From contig NC_068985.1 of assembly GCF_001194135.2 (NCBI RefSeq), positions 69,179,580-69,243,579 on the forward strand: DNA of 64,000 nucleotides, read 5' to 3'. The translations under genes and the position numbers were made by a program. The notes beneath the pieces were generated by a model, which was not told the DNA's origin, did no database searches, and worked only from the letters and a program-made list of their open reading frames with translations. Every line of letters starts with the position of its first letter. Within the stretch, counting starts at the first letter, position 1. Origin of the DNA: Octopus bimaculoides (lineage: Eukaryota). Of this stretch, positions 40,229 through 53,422 are shown piece by piece.

Positions 40229-40800
40229 CCATTTTAGATGGAGAGTGCTTTCCGTAGTATATGGGCTGTACCCATCAAGGTTATCTTTCGTAGTTCACAG
40301 AGATTGACGTTACCAGGGAGTTGCTTTATATACTTCTCAGCTACGTTCTTTATCATTCCCAACGCACCAATCACTGCTGGTATTTTTTTTATCGTAGTAC
40401 TAAGCTTCCACATTTTTGTGATTTCAATTTGCAGATCTTTATAGTGAGAAAGCTTTATGTATTCCTGTCCTGAGACATTTTGATTATGTGGGGCAGACAT
40501 ATCTATTACCAGTAGTCATTGATCACAATGTCTGGTCAATTGGAATCAATTTTTCTGTGTGTTTGTTTTGAGAAGTTTGAAAGGATGGTGACGCTCTCGC
40601 TATTTACTACATCCTCTGGATATTATTTGTACCACTTATATAATGGGATTTAGTTTTGTAGTATTTACAAGCATTCCAGTAGATGTACTACCCTAGTCTG
40701 TCATGTCTTAGGAGGTACTCCTTTTCAGCAAGTATTGAGCAGCGACAAGACAACATAATCAATTACTTCTGTGAATTTTCCGCAAATTCTGCACGTGGAA
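40229..40800 (-). mobile_element. R4/Dong-like LINE 3' fragment, fused to the previous one
   Basis: CRICGKFTEVIDY..KEYLLRHD..PDIVI..KLSHYKDLQIEITKMW..GTAHILRKALSI* (stop 40234). Confidence 0.88.
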
Positions 40801-41289
40801 TAACGTCAGGTTCAATAGTAATAGTGAGACAGAACTTGGTGAACATTTAGAAAACGACTTGTTATTGTATATTCTCAGAAGATATTCTGAATCTATTACA
40901 TCTTAAGTGCTTAAAATGCATTGGGACAAATGTCTGTGAGTTATTAACATCGCGCCCTGAAGGTATGAACAAAATGATAGGGAAATTTGATCATATTTAC
41001 TGTTTAATTAAATGTTCTTCCTTTTCTTACTATTTCCGTTTTCTTTTCTATTTTCTCTTTTTTCTTTCTTTTTTCCCTTTGCCAGTTGTAAATTTGAAAA
41101 TTGAAGACTGATGACGTCATTCCATCAAAGTGGGAACGCAGGATTACTGCGTTAAAACATTTCAAGTTGAATTTCAACAATTTTGTATTTCTATGTATCG
41201 TTTGAAATTGAACTGGACAAAGACAGGCAAGCTCTCAAAATATAGTTCAAACTAATAAAATATCCATTGCAATCGCATCACATTCTTCG

Positions 41290-41304
41290 TATAATAATAA
41301 TAAC

Positions 41305-41352
<48 letters not shown>

Positions 41353-41372
41353 TATTATTATTATTCTTCTTC

Positions 41373-41408
<36 letters not shown>

Positions 41409-41416
41409 TTATTATC
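41290..41416. repeat. (AAT)n abutting (ATT)n, inverted microsatellite
   Basis: Strand switch at ~41351. Confidence 0.95.
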
Positions 41417-41774
41417 AAATGAGCAATATCCTATTTGAATAGAGCTGAAGGCCAGTTAAGAGACATCTAAAAGAATAAAAGGCAGCTGAGTTCCACAAAA
41501 CATCCAACTCTAGATCCCCCACAGCGTATGGTTTGTAACAACAGTGGAAGCAGCAGCTAGAGTGAAGGGAGCGAAAACAGCAGCAGCACCAACACTAACA
41601 ATAATTGCATTAGCAGCGGCTGATACAGCACAACTGCAGCATGAAAGCCAGGAAGAGAACCAAGAACAGGGACAGAAAAAGCAATAATCACAACAACAAG
41701 ACCAAATCGTGATACTTCAGAAAAATTCTAACCTAACATCCTCTCTTTCATACTCTTTGTTATAACTTCTCCGC

Positions 41775-41896
41775 TCTCTCTCTCTCTCTCTCTCTCTAGC
41801 TGTCTCTTCTTTTCTCTCTCTCTATTGCTGTCTCTTCTTCTCTCTCTCTCTTGCTGTCTCTTCTCTCTCTCTCTTGCTGTCTCTTCTTCTCTATAT

Positions 41897-41941
<45 letters not shown>
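41775..41941. repeat. (CT)n tract with four GCTGTCTCTTCT units
   Basis: Units at 41799, 41827, 41853, 41876. Confidence 0.9.
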
Positions 41942-41944
<3 letters not shown>

Positions 41945-42149
41945 TTCTGTCTTTCAAACACAAACATACACATGGTTACACACGGAAACATACATCTACC
42001 ATCACCCACATTGGAGCTTTCCGATGTGAAAATGTGGAGAGGAATGGGGCTATGAAGTTATAATGTTCTAAGAAAACCGATAAGTATATAAATGAAGGAC
42101 ACAAATTCTTTTTTTAAATATAAACCCCCGGAAAGCAAATCATATGATC

Positions 42150-42400
42150 ACAACAGCATGAACGATGCAAGAGACCTCCTTCAGCAACAGCTCCTCCACT
42201 GCACCATCAATAACAACCACCTGCAAAAAACGGAATACAAACACAGAAACAACACCAGTAACAGTCCCATATATACAACAACACATATTCCACCAACATT
42301 TTTGTAGACACGTAAAGCGAATAAATGAAATTAGCCTTGTTTATCGCACTTAAGGAAAATATTAAGATATATGGAGAGATCGTCGGGTATAGATTTATGA
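42150..42400 (+). mobile_element. Possible Penelope-like relic (RT-endonuclease linker)
   Basis: PVTVPYIQ..CRHVKRINEISLVYRT resembles the PLE motif xTxPYI..S..I.R.L...xI.xxFR. Confidence 0.35.
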
Positions 42401-44559
42401 AAGTATAATACAATTTGAAATGAATAAGGCTGAATTTAGGGACATATGAAACATTAAGGGGGAGATTCGACAATGACGTGAGAAGTCCGAAAGTAAGGGC
42501 CAGCTCTTCCTAAAGAACCTCAAAATTTCATGAAATCGGTAACACCAGTTTTTTACAACATGTAAGAAGTGACGAATCATGGTCGCTTGTCTCCACCAGA
42601 ATTGGGGCGGGAGCTAAATTTCCTTGAATGGCCGAGCGAGATAGGTGTATGCCTTAATCGCACCGGTAATCTGCAACCACCTGCCTGAAATACCTTGCCA
42701 CAATTTAGGGCTAACAAGAATACAGGGATTGATATTCCACTTTTTGTGGAGGATATTTATCCACTATTCAGACGGTTTAGTTGATGTCAAAATTCACTGG
42801 TGGAGGACTGGCCATACTGTGAATAATCATACGGAGACATTAGCTGAGGCTACGACATCTCCAACATTTCGTGGACGTCATTTATATTTTTATGTTTATA
42901 TTTATATTTTTTATATAATTTACATTTTTATTTTTTATATTTTTGCAGGCTGCGGAAACAGGTTTATGTTTTCTGGTACCTGATTACATAGGGGCATGTA
43001 TAAGTTAATTCGTTGATGATATAAACTAATTCTTAAAGCGTGATTTATAGAAGCTAAAAATAAACTCTCAGTTTCTTTGTTTCAGTCTCTCCTACGAAGC
43101 CATTCGCACCGCAACTCACCATTTCTCGCTCATTCTTTTTTCTCTGGACTTTTCTATGAAACTGCATATCTTCTAATGCTTTCAAAAGTTTATCCAGTTT
43201 TGATGGGATTTCCTCTTTTCGAATTCAGCATAAGTTTGTCCTAGTTCTGTAGCAGCATGTTTAAGTGGTTCTTCATTCTGTGCATGGTAGTGATATTTCT
43301 GAACTTTGCTCCTCATCCACATAATCACAAAGCTCTTCCCTTCTCGTTTTCATATTCATGTCCAAAGCATGACATTCACCTTTGAATGAAACACTCTAGG
43401 TTTAGTTAGGTTTCTTATCGTTTTTCTGTTTTAGGCATCTATTTCATCTTTCGGCAACTTCACTATGCAAGCACTATAAGATGGCAGCTGACCGTATATT
43501 GATCCCATTTATCAAATTACTTGAATTATGTTTGGACTTTAATCTCTTCCAATATATTGTTTTCACTTCTTCCTTTATTTCCTAATACATAACGCTATCG
43601 ATTCCTCGCAGGTCTAGATATTTTTATTCATTGTCATCAAGTTTTAAACCCATGTGTTTGATACGTTTGTTTCATTAAAATGAGTCGTATTCTCTCATTG
43701 CTAAAGCCGCACATTTTGATAAACAAAACTCCATTCTAATATCCCTGATATCCACACGTACTATTTTTCAAAGTTTGAATATGTCTTTAAGTCAGCCATG
43801 AAAAATAGACAATTCAAGACGGGTGCATTCTTCCTGTTTTATATCCGATGCTACGATTTCGAAGTCAATGAGATAGGTAAATAGCACGATAACAAATATG
43901 AAAAGGTTAAAAGCATTAACCAAGATGATTCGTATTTTAATAGCTACACTTCTCAGTGATTTCGTGTTCACTATCATTCCATACCAGCACTGAAGGTTTC
44001 AGTACGTTTTGGCCATTCCAAGATCTTCAGGATTTCCATATCTCAATGATGGCGTGCCACATCGTAAGACTTTATGAATTCCATCCATGTCATATAAAAA
44101 TTAGTGTTCTCACATGCACTAAACAGATAATATTTGCTGACTATCTGGAGATTTTGTCTTTAAAAAGTAGTAAAGCGTCTCACACCAATTGATGGTATGT
44201 TTTCTCGACAAATCTGTTGCGCTTAAACAGATACACATTCACAATGTAATGTTTCAGCTCGATTAATTTTGCATAAACGATTTGATTGATCTGTAAGTTA
44301 AGTTTGCTCCTGCTTTCAATCTTACTGAAGTATATCTGTATGTCGCCTGAAATCCATTTTTACTACTACCCAAGAACTTTTTTCTCTTTCTTCTCTGCAT
44401 GTTTTACAACCAAATATTCACTGATGCCGGAGAACTGCAAAAATAACAATAGAGGAGAATCCAGCTGGTTATGATGTAACCTGGATGGCAGCGACCGTAT
44501 TTTACAACGCATAAGAAGAAATATCAATACTGCAAATGAAAGAGCGAGAGGAACTTGTA

Positions 44560-44995
44560 GGTAAGGCGCAGCCATGCTCCATCCCAGGTAGGTCAATCCA
44601 GGACAAGATTCATCACTTACGCTACAACTTAGACAGTAAATGTGGGGTAATGGTCCATTTAGACCAACGTAAAGCTTTCGATAGGGTAGACCACCAGTAC
44701 CTAGCGGAAGTCCGTGAGGCGGCTGGGCTAGGTTCGGACTTTCGCGGTTGGATCAAGGCCATTTATGGTGGCATCATATCCACAGTCAAAATAAGCGGTT
44801 ACTTGTCGGATCCGTTTGAGATGCAGTGCTCGGTTCGTCAATGGTGCCTCCTGTCTCCGCTTCTGTATGTATTGACTCTTGAGCCATTGCCATGGAGGTT
44901 GGAGAGTTTGGGAGGCATCCCCAATGAAATCGGATGTGGTAAGCCTGTTTCTCTATATGCAGATGACGTCACCTTCACCGTGTCCAATGTAACTC
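44560..44995 (+). mobile_element. L1/Tx1-clade reverse transcriptase fragment
   Basis: SIPGRSIQD..LDQRKAFDRVDHQYL..SVRQWCLLSPLLYVLTLEPL..SLYADDVT (RT motifs 2-5 including YADD). Confidence 0.9.
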
Positions 44996-47900
44996 AAATT
45001 TCTACAAATATGGTGGCTCAGAGAGGCGGGTGTTTAAATGCACGTAGCCTCGGGTCACCCGTGAAGTAGGATCATCTTCTAAATGACCTAAAGTCTAGGA
45101 TGGATTATGGTTGCCATGTGTGGGGTCTCAATTTCAGACACGCACGTTAGCATCCATTTATGGTTATTTAGAGACATTATTAGTATTTCTTAGTCGGTAT
45201 GGATTGAGTTGCTGAATAGCAACATTTTTTCGGAGAGATCTGATCCTCAACATTTGGTAGGTCACTCTGGACGCGAACGTTGAGACATTGGTCTTGGACA
45301 TTAAAAGTATTAAATGTGATGCCTTTAGACAAAGTTGCCTTGTATGGTCTTGACATGTCCACGAAAGCAGGTGTTGTTAAGTGTTGGTAAGTTTACTGGG
45401 AACATGCCTCTGCCACTCCATATTGACAGTTGTCGACTGGAACAACATCTTCAATGTATTCTGGATTGTGGAGAATTAACTGTAAAAGGGTTGCATGTAA
45501 AAGCGTCACGGACTTGTTCAAGCATTTCCAACTGCCTGAGAAGTACCTCCTATGTTTCCTAGATAGATTATTGTGGACAAAGGCAAAAAGTACCCAGTGC
45601 ATTATTTAGGAAGTATATGTGGTCCATAATTTCAAATGTATAGCAAGGTTAATCACATATTTGTTATCTCCACTGTCGATGTACACATACTACATAGACA
45701 GGGATTCGACTACTGGATCTGAATGCGATTTATCCATCTTACTAAGCAATTATAATTAAGGTGTTATTTACTAATAACATATTTTAATATTTTCATACAT
45801 TTATGGAAAAATTTCAACTGAAGTCTGGTTCTACAGTTTTATAATATTAAGTTTGAAGTAGTTATATGATACAATCCTTTTGGCAAAGACCAATCTTAAG
45901 ACTACCAGTCTTTTACGGTGGAGGGTAACGAATAACAAATCTCTTATATTCTAGTTAATGTGTCTCCATCTTTCGAATCCAAAACGCATTTAACCTAATT
46001 CATAAAATTGCGTTTTCTTCTAAACTTAAATGTATAAAACTGGTTATGTAATCTAGATTTCCAAATAGTAGCAGATGGACGTATGACATAATACGTTCGA
46101 ACCCCTGCAATTACCATACAATGATATACTACTTTCTTCCTTTGATGTTGATTTTCTAACGGATAGATAAGTTTTGTTTTATAATTACAAAGACGTTTAT
46201 TCACTCGCATGTAGCACACGTGTTTAAAGGAATTAGTACTGACACTACTTTCAGAATTAGGTGGGTGTTGATCCAGGACAATAAGTATTATTGTAATCAA
46301 TATTACTAGGTTAAAAACAACAACTACATAAAAGTTACTATCAACTTTAATGTTGGAATTAACTTCACCTAAGGTATCAAAAATAACTTCAGGAAACTTA
46401 GCGTTAGAGTTTATCTCAAAATTGACCTTATCGGTCCAATTCGTGTTTACTAATTTTAAGCTATGATACTGTCTAATTTTTTCTTTTTGTATGTGGTGCT
46501 ATAATTTCAGCCATTTTTTCTGGTGGTTAAATAGGAAACATGTACCGTCAGTTTGTATATTTTATATATTACCCGGTTAAAACAATCGCGTGAAATAGAA
46601 ATCAAGTACATATTATAGAATACTATATAAAATATCGCTTATCACAAGTAAAACAGCGTCAGTTTATGATAACGACAATCATGAAAAATCTTACATTATT
46701 CTTACTCAGCAACAAAACTTGATCATGAATAACATTTAACAGCTGCTGAAGGGTCCCAATGCACAGTGCTACTAGCGTCTATTGCTTTCCTGGGGCAACT
46801 ACTGAAATGTTGGTCTATATTCATTTTAACGGAACGGTTAAATTATAAGCTAAGGCTTCGTACAGAATTAAATTTTAATCGCTTTGACTATCGGGTTATA
46901 TAGATATCACGTTTGAAACTAACTTCTACATCTTCTTGATTTCCAATTTCGTAATAATTATACAACCCACTCCACCCTTCCAATCAGCCTACCGAGCACT
47001 TAATGATAATTCAACTGGCATTAAACCTTTCATCTTGAACATCTTACACATAAATGCACCACTCTATTCCCAAATTTCACTTAATATCATCATGTAGCCT
47101 AGAATCAACGACCAAAACGTTGTGTGTAAATATCTGCAGTGAAAATTAAGACACTTTCGAAATCCTACACAGCGTTACTGTCTGGAAACGTCATCAGCAT
47201 CATTTCTAGCGAGCTATATTAAGAATTTAAACATGATGTTGTGTATTTTTAGCAGCAGCGAAGTACGTGGTAACATCAAACGTAATTTCATTGCTAGAAA
47301 GAAGAGACTTTCACTCATGTATCATCTTATTAAGACGTGCGATTTAAATGGAAAGCGGAACTAGCATTATTGACGTACGTGGCAGAACAAGTTCAAACAT
47401 TACTCTAGTCTCACATCTTCAGAGCAGAAGTACATGCAATTTCCAGAAACCTCGATAGCTGCAACTAAATCATTGATTTACTGAAATATTACAACAATTC
47501 CAAATACATACAGGGAACATAACCTTTTAAATTAGACTTCGTTTCACGCGTTAGTGTTGGACGTGGACGTGCTGTCTTAACTGTCATTCAAAAGTATTCA
47601 CCAACTACTTACGGTAACTCAATTTACATTTACATTTTCTTGTGAATTCATATTTGCTATCAATTTTATAAAGTCTAGGGGAGACAATAATTATTAATTA
47701 CAAGAACCAGTTACAGTGCTTAACACCAACTAATTTAGCGCCTGTATACCACTGAATATTGTACCTTATTGAATGCAAGAAAGAAGGTATATTTACTTCA
47801 GTTTTCTGCATTCAAACAAATGGTGAATAGATTTTTTTCCCACTGTGTTTCTAAAATGTAAATTTTATATTGAAAATGGGAATATCTTGTAAACCAACAA

Positions 47901-49052
47901 AATGGGACCTAATGCTTTGAATGTGAAAGTGAAATGCTTCATATCTAATAGTAATGATAGATATAATGACAATATATATTTTCACACTGATGAAAATAAT
48001 GTTTGAGTTATTTTACACAAAAATGTAAGAGGTGAAAACTTTACACGCAAACTAGGAAGATATAATTGTAAAATTGCTTAGGGATACTGTGCAAAAGGAT
48101 CTGCACATATTTGAATAACTGCATCATTGGTAATAACACAATGTCTTACTCAAAGTGGTTGTGTCCAATTACGCAATGCGAATTTACATATATTTAAATA
48201 TTTACGGAACACTTCAGAGTTAGCGGTCGACTACAGTATATATTTTGTTGCCAGCTTCTAAGACGTCTGTCTTTCGATGGCCACCTAGCTGATATAAAAA
48301 AAAAAAACTTCACTTATTGTTTTAAAAATAGATAAACACTAGGCAATTTTGCCATTTCTTTCATTAATGTACCTCGAAAGAAAGTCTATTACTGTAAAAT
48401 ATTTCTTTCACTATCCTTCTAGTCATGCAACTATTGTGTTGGAGGTGGTGACAAGATTTGTATCTTTTCCATTAATCTCATCCTTCTATATCGCACGATT
48501 CATTCACAAGGCATGAGCTAAAGGGTGTGTGTAGATAAACAAATGACTTCTGTAGGTACAGTAATCTCAAGGGTTATAATCACCTTCCCATTAGTGTAGA
48601 AGGGAAAGGTAAATCAAATAGGATTTTTACGTCAATCCGTATATCTGTCGCTTTTAGATAAATTGCATACTATGAATATTAGATATCGTTCGGCTGAACA
48701 TTTAGCAAATAGGTGCTTGCAAGTTTTCTCTATGATTTTGTTTTTGTGCTCGTACATTAAATACATGGGGAAGTCTTGAAAATTAAGTAGGTTATGTTTG
48801 TTTCTATACTTATTTGAAATTCTAATAAGGTGAATATCCAGAGAATTCCGATGTATAGAGCCTTGGTGTGTGTTTACCGTCTGCGTTTTAAAGATGTCTA
48901 AACCAACAACATTGTATAGACTAAAGCGTATAGAAGGGGAGTTCATGTAAATTACATTAGTTACCAATCCTATTGTGAGACTTGTATATTAAGTTTTAAT
49001 TAAGCTAGTTGTCTTGGAAAGAGTGGAATACATACGTAAACGTTTCTTCGCC

Positions 49053-49123
49053 AACCGACTAAATTAACATATTCAAACAGAGTAAATTAACATATTCAAA
49101 CCGAGTAAATTAACATATTCAAA
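49053..49123. repeat. 23-bp tandem repeat x3
   Basis: TAAATTAACATATTCAAA at 49060, 49083, 49106. Confidence 0.95.
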
Positions 49124-50329
49124 ATCCGTTGCATATACTTAAATAGTTAGGTAATGTTTGCTTTTCTTTCCTAATTTGAAAATAACACGAAAAAATAAGT
49201 GGAAAACTTGAAGTAGTGGATTTCTTAATAAATTCTAATAGATTTTATAAAGATAACAAAAATTAGAACTTTCACAAAAATACTGTTTCATAAAGAAAAA
49301 AAAACAAGTAAACAAGATTGTCAAATAAGGGTGAATTCTAAGGAGCTGTGTGAAGGTTAGAGATATTTGAAAGCTTAATGAGCTGAAAGGTTGTGCAATG
49401 TATTCTAGTGTACAGAGATCTGATGTCCGTTCATCTGCATTCGTTCAGTTACCTAACTCGACATAGTTATAAAGGAAAAAAACTTCATTTCAGTTATCTT
49501 CTTTATCGTCTTTGTACTTCGCATATACCAAAGTCATTCAACAGATACATTTCGCATTATATGTAGCCCATTACTATGAATCGGAACCAAGCAAATAAAC
49601 ATTAGGTAGAGGGGTATATCAGTAAAACCTGGGATTTGTACCTACCGAATTTTCCCAAGAAAAATAACAAAATAAACAATAGCCCAACAGCAGCTCTCGA
49701 CTGATAGGAAGAATTTCCAAGCACATAGGCGACAATGCATATCGAAGGATTAGTTTGTTTTTGTAAGAGCAAACATGATTCACAGCGCTACAGTCTGGCA
49801 TCAGAAGATATGGTCTTAGAACGACAAGAATTTCTGCACGACACATTAACGTTATTCTGCTACATTTTAGCTTTGGAGAATAATGCATGTGATTGGTAAA
49901 TAAAGCTGCAATCTCGTTTGGTTTGAATGAACCTTCGTGCTGTTTTATCTCCTGATAACAAGATGACTCGGTCAGAGGCAACTTAACATCATTGTGTAGA
50001 TACCTCATATTGTAGTGCAGGAGAAATAACCTTTTGGTATGAAAAATAGAAAAGCAATATGATGCCTCGGAGAGCGGCTAGCGTGGTGAGAGCAACCTCT
50101 AATGATGAAATCACGTCTCTTACTTTGTCTTGTTGATTGAGGAGACCGATTAAATGTGTCGTGTGGAGGGGTGCTTGACGCATTATATAGGTCTTTTTAG
50201 AAAGTTTTATACCCTGGACTAATCGAGGAACCCTGCAGATCTAAGATTACTGTGACCACCAGGCTGTACTCTAGCTTGCAAAAACATATTTAGAATAGCT
50301 GTAAATTAACAATTGCAGACATTCAAATA

Positions 50330-50960
50330 ATGCCAACTACTACCGGATATTTTTTTTTTGCCACTGCTAACGCCATCACAACTAACGTCAGCTTAACTGC
50401 ATTCGTCACCACCACTACTATCATCACTGTCACAAACATCACCATCAATATTATTAACTTCGCAACTCAAATATTATCACCAATAACACGAACTTAACAA
50501 CAGTTTCCACCACTAACGTCCCTATATCACCAGTATCGGAAAAAAAACATCAGCATCTGAATAAACTCCTTGAATTATTATTACCAAAACCATCACCACT
50601 AACCGCATAAACATCACAACACAATCCTCATCATTGTAATATTATATTAAACAGTGATATTAATACTATTACATCATCCCTCTTATCCTCGTCATCTATA
50701 AAATCGGCATCAACTTATATCATTATCAGGATAATCGATATCATCATCATAATTCTTACTACTATAATCAGTGTTTGCTTCTGCTCAGGCTGTTGCTGTT
50801 GGAGTCGCTGCCGCTTCTACTGTTGGTGACGCCGACTTTCCTATTTATACTTCTACAATTGATGATGATGGTGGTGAAGGTGGTGGTGGTGGTGGTTGTG
50901 GTGATGTTCTAGCGGCAAGGGAGTATGTTGATGATGAAGATAAGCTAGAACATTAACATC
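50330..50960. repeat. Cryptic (ACC/ATC/GGT) trinucleotide low-complexity tract
   Basis: Decayed triplet runs with a strand switch near 50770. Confidence 0.7.
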
Positions 50961-52018
50961 ACAGTTGCCAACCATATATAATTATGCCTATTGGTTTTAT
51001 AAACTACCACCGCTATCATTGGTAACCCCTCCCCCGCGGCCAGCACTACTGCAGTAAAGGCGGACTATTTTGTATCGGAAATTACAAAAACACGAGTTGG
51101 TCATCGCGAAAATAATTGAAAATTGGTATGTTTATCTATCGCTGGTCTGGAGATGAAAAAAAGAGTTCTACCACCATTCACATCAGACCCACGTATAAAA
51201 GTAGCAAATCTACGACGATCAGAGATTCTATCTTCACTTCAACATCCCCCACAAACATTTCTAGGATGACCGACTCATTATATGTTTATTAACCTGTTGC
51301 TTACTACTATGTATAGATCCCTACATGTTCATCAATACTTTCATCCAGCGTGTCAACATGTCCTATCTGCAGACTTAGAAAGCATAAATCCCATAAACGC
51401 TGTAGTGCCTCCAGCTAGTATTTTCAATGGGAGCTATACTGAATTTTAGTCTCTAATACGAGCATCGAAAATATTACGTGTCATGATTACTATTATAAAC
51501 GTCTGAATAATTGCGGAGGGTTGTGAAACGATAATCTGTTGGGCTAGTCAGATCAGGAGGTTTGAGTTCAAGTCTAACTCACATTAAAAAAAAAAATACT
51601 TTTGCTGTTTTGTGGGGAAACATTATATTGATTACTTCTTACTCGAAATTATTGCACCAGAATGTTTTGGAATTTTATTGCCACATAACAGGAGTTTACT
51701 CTTTGGATTTCGTCGAAATCCAGTGTTAAGTAAAGGAAGATTAGCATTTAATATAAATAGAATTTCGCTTATACACAACAATCGTTTCTTAGTAGTGAAG
51801 ATTGTTTGCCAAAATAATATGGCAGTCCTGGTTTAGCAGGAATGAGTCATCTTCTCCAGCTGGCTATACAATACGATCTGTGTACTTATATTTTCGAAAA
51901 ACAGAATCTAGCACTCTCACTTAACTCAAAACAATATTTGTAAATCGCGATTTCCGGGCTATTTCCCTCCATCAGCACAGATAAACTTTTGAGCTGAGTG
52001 GGGGAGCTAGATTCCCTT

Positions 52019-52700
52019 TAAGTGATAGTATGTTGTCATCTTAATGTGACAGTCCCATAATAGGGAAAAATGCTACTGTCATTTAGCCCTAGAAAACACT
52101 GTTTCCTGTTGGACTTGACACATTACCTGTGTCCTTATGTTTTCAAAGTGAAGACGAGCGTCTCCCAGCAACACGAGCATTCAGAGAGTAGTTTCTGAGT
52201 AATTGGTCATCATGAGTCTGGAGTAGCATGGCTTACTAGCATCCTTCCCTTTTATGGAATTGTCACATTAAGCTGACAACATAGTATCATTTTATCATGC
52301 TGCTACTGCATAAATCTCTCTGAGAGATTTATAAATATAATATTATTTCTATTTTCAAAAATGAGTGAATGTATTTAACTTAAAATATATATGTTTCCAA
52401 CCGCGGATAGGCATCGACAGCTAGCAAGACATACTACTCCAGACTGATGATCACCAATGACTCTGAAACTTGTCTCTTGATGCTAGCTTTGCTAGGGGGT
52501 AGGTGCTTGTCTCCACATTGAAAACATAAGGACACAAGAAATGTGTCAAGTCCAACAGGAAACGGTGTTTCCTAGGGCTAAATAACAGAAGCATTTTTCC
52601 CTTTTATGGGACTGTCACATGAATTTGACAACATACTATCACTTTATCGTGCTGCTACTGCATAAATCTCTCTGAGAGAATTAGAAATATATTATTTCTA
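52019..52700. mobile_element. Penelope-like terminal-repeat insertion with 12-bp target-site duplication
   Basis: CTAGATTCCCTT at 52007-52018 and 52701-52712; inside, an inverted copy (52020-52240), a partial direct copy (52243-52351) and a full unit (52420-52700). Confidence 0.8.
52439..52479 (+). ncRNA. Hammerhead-like motif in the PLE terminal repeat
   Basis: CCAGA-CTGATGA-TCACCAATGACTCT-GAAAC-TT-GTC-TCT: intact core, GUC triplet, AGA/TCT stem I; stem II weak. Confidence 0.45.
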
Positions 52701-52806
52701 CTAGATTCCCTTGTTCTTCGAAAATATAAGGACACAGATCGTGTCATATATCCAGCAAGCGACAGTGTCTCCTCGGGTTAAATTACAGCAACATTCGTCC
52801 TAAACC

Positions 52807-53185
52807 AGTATACCAATGTTTAGTAAGTACTCAATCGAGCAATAAGGTATATGAGGGGATCACCCAAAACCATATGAAAGGTAGACTGAATTACCATCTG
52901 TATACCTTCAGAAACATAAATAGCAGGAATTCAAATGGTTTGAATAATAATATATGTCACCTTAATGATAAGTGTATTAGTTACGAGGTACACTGGAAAA
53001 TCTTAGCCTCAGCACGTGCATCTGATTTAAGGAATAAGAAATGTTTAGAAAATTACTATTTTTAAATCTCACAACGAGAGATATTCAGCAACAGATGGTA
53101 ATTCAGTCTACCTTTCATATGGTTTTGGGTGATCCCCTCATATACCTTATTGCTCGATTGAGTACTTACTAAACATTGGTATACT
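52807..53185. repeat. Perfect 95-bp inverted repeat with 189-bp spacer
   Basis: 52807..52901 is the exact reverse complement of 53091..53185. Confidence 0.95.
52845..53090 (+). mobile_element. Penelope-like GIY-YIG endonuclease fragment
   Basis: KVYEGITQNHMKGRLNYHLYTFRN..NSNGLNNNICHLNDKCISYEVHWKILASA..NKKC matches the PLE endonuclease pattern YIG.T...K.R...H..SFR..L...W.LK....Y.I.WKIL..A..C. Confidence 0.8.
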
Positions 53186-53318
53186 ATTTCGTTTTTATTG
53201 CAATTATTACTAAAGACACGATTGTTTGTATTTATACAATCACAAAGTTTATACTGATGTGCGGGGTCTACACTCGTTCGGTTAGTGTGTATATAAGTGA
53301 TAACATTTGTTGCAATCT

Positions 53319-53319
53319 G

Positions 53320-53405
<86 letters not shown>

Positions 53406-53422
53406 CATTATTATTATTATTA
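53319..53422. repeat. (ATT)n microsatellite
   Basis: Direct inspection. Confidence 0.97.

Noticed and set aside
45150-45620. Possible continuation of the L1/Tx1 element
   Set aside because: No recognisable CCHC or other motif in any frame.
47085-47130. AAAACGTTGTGT, like a hammerhead or PLE end
   Set aside because: The CTGATGA core is absent.
49619-50183. 129-aa and 64-aa minus-strand ORFs
   Set aside because: No recognisable domain or convincing splice context; within chance expectation.
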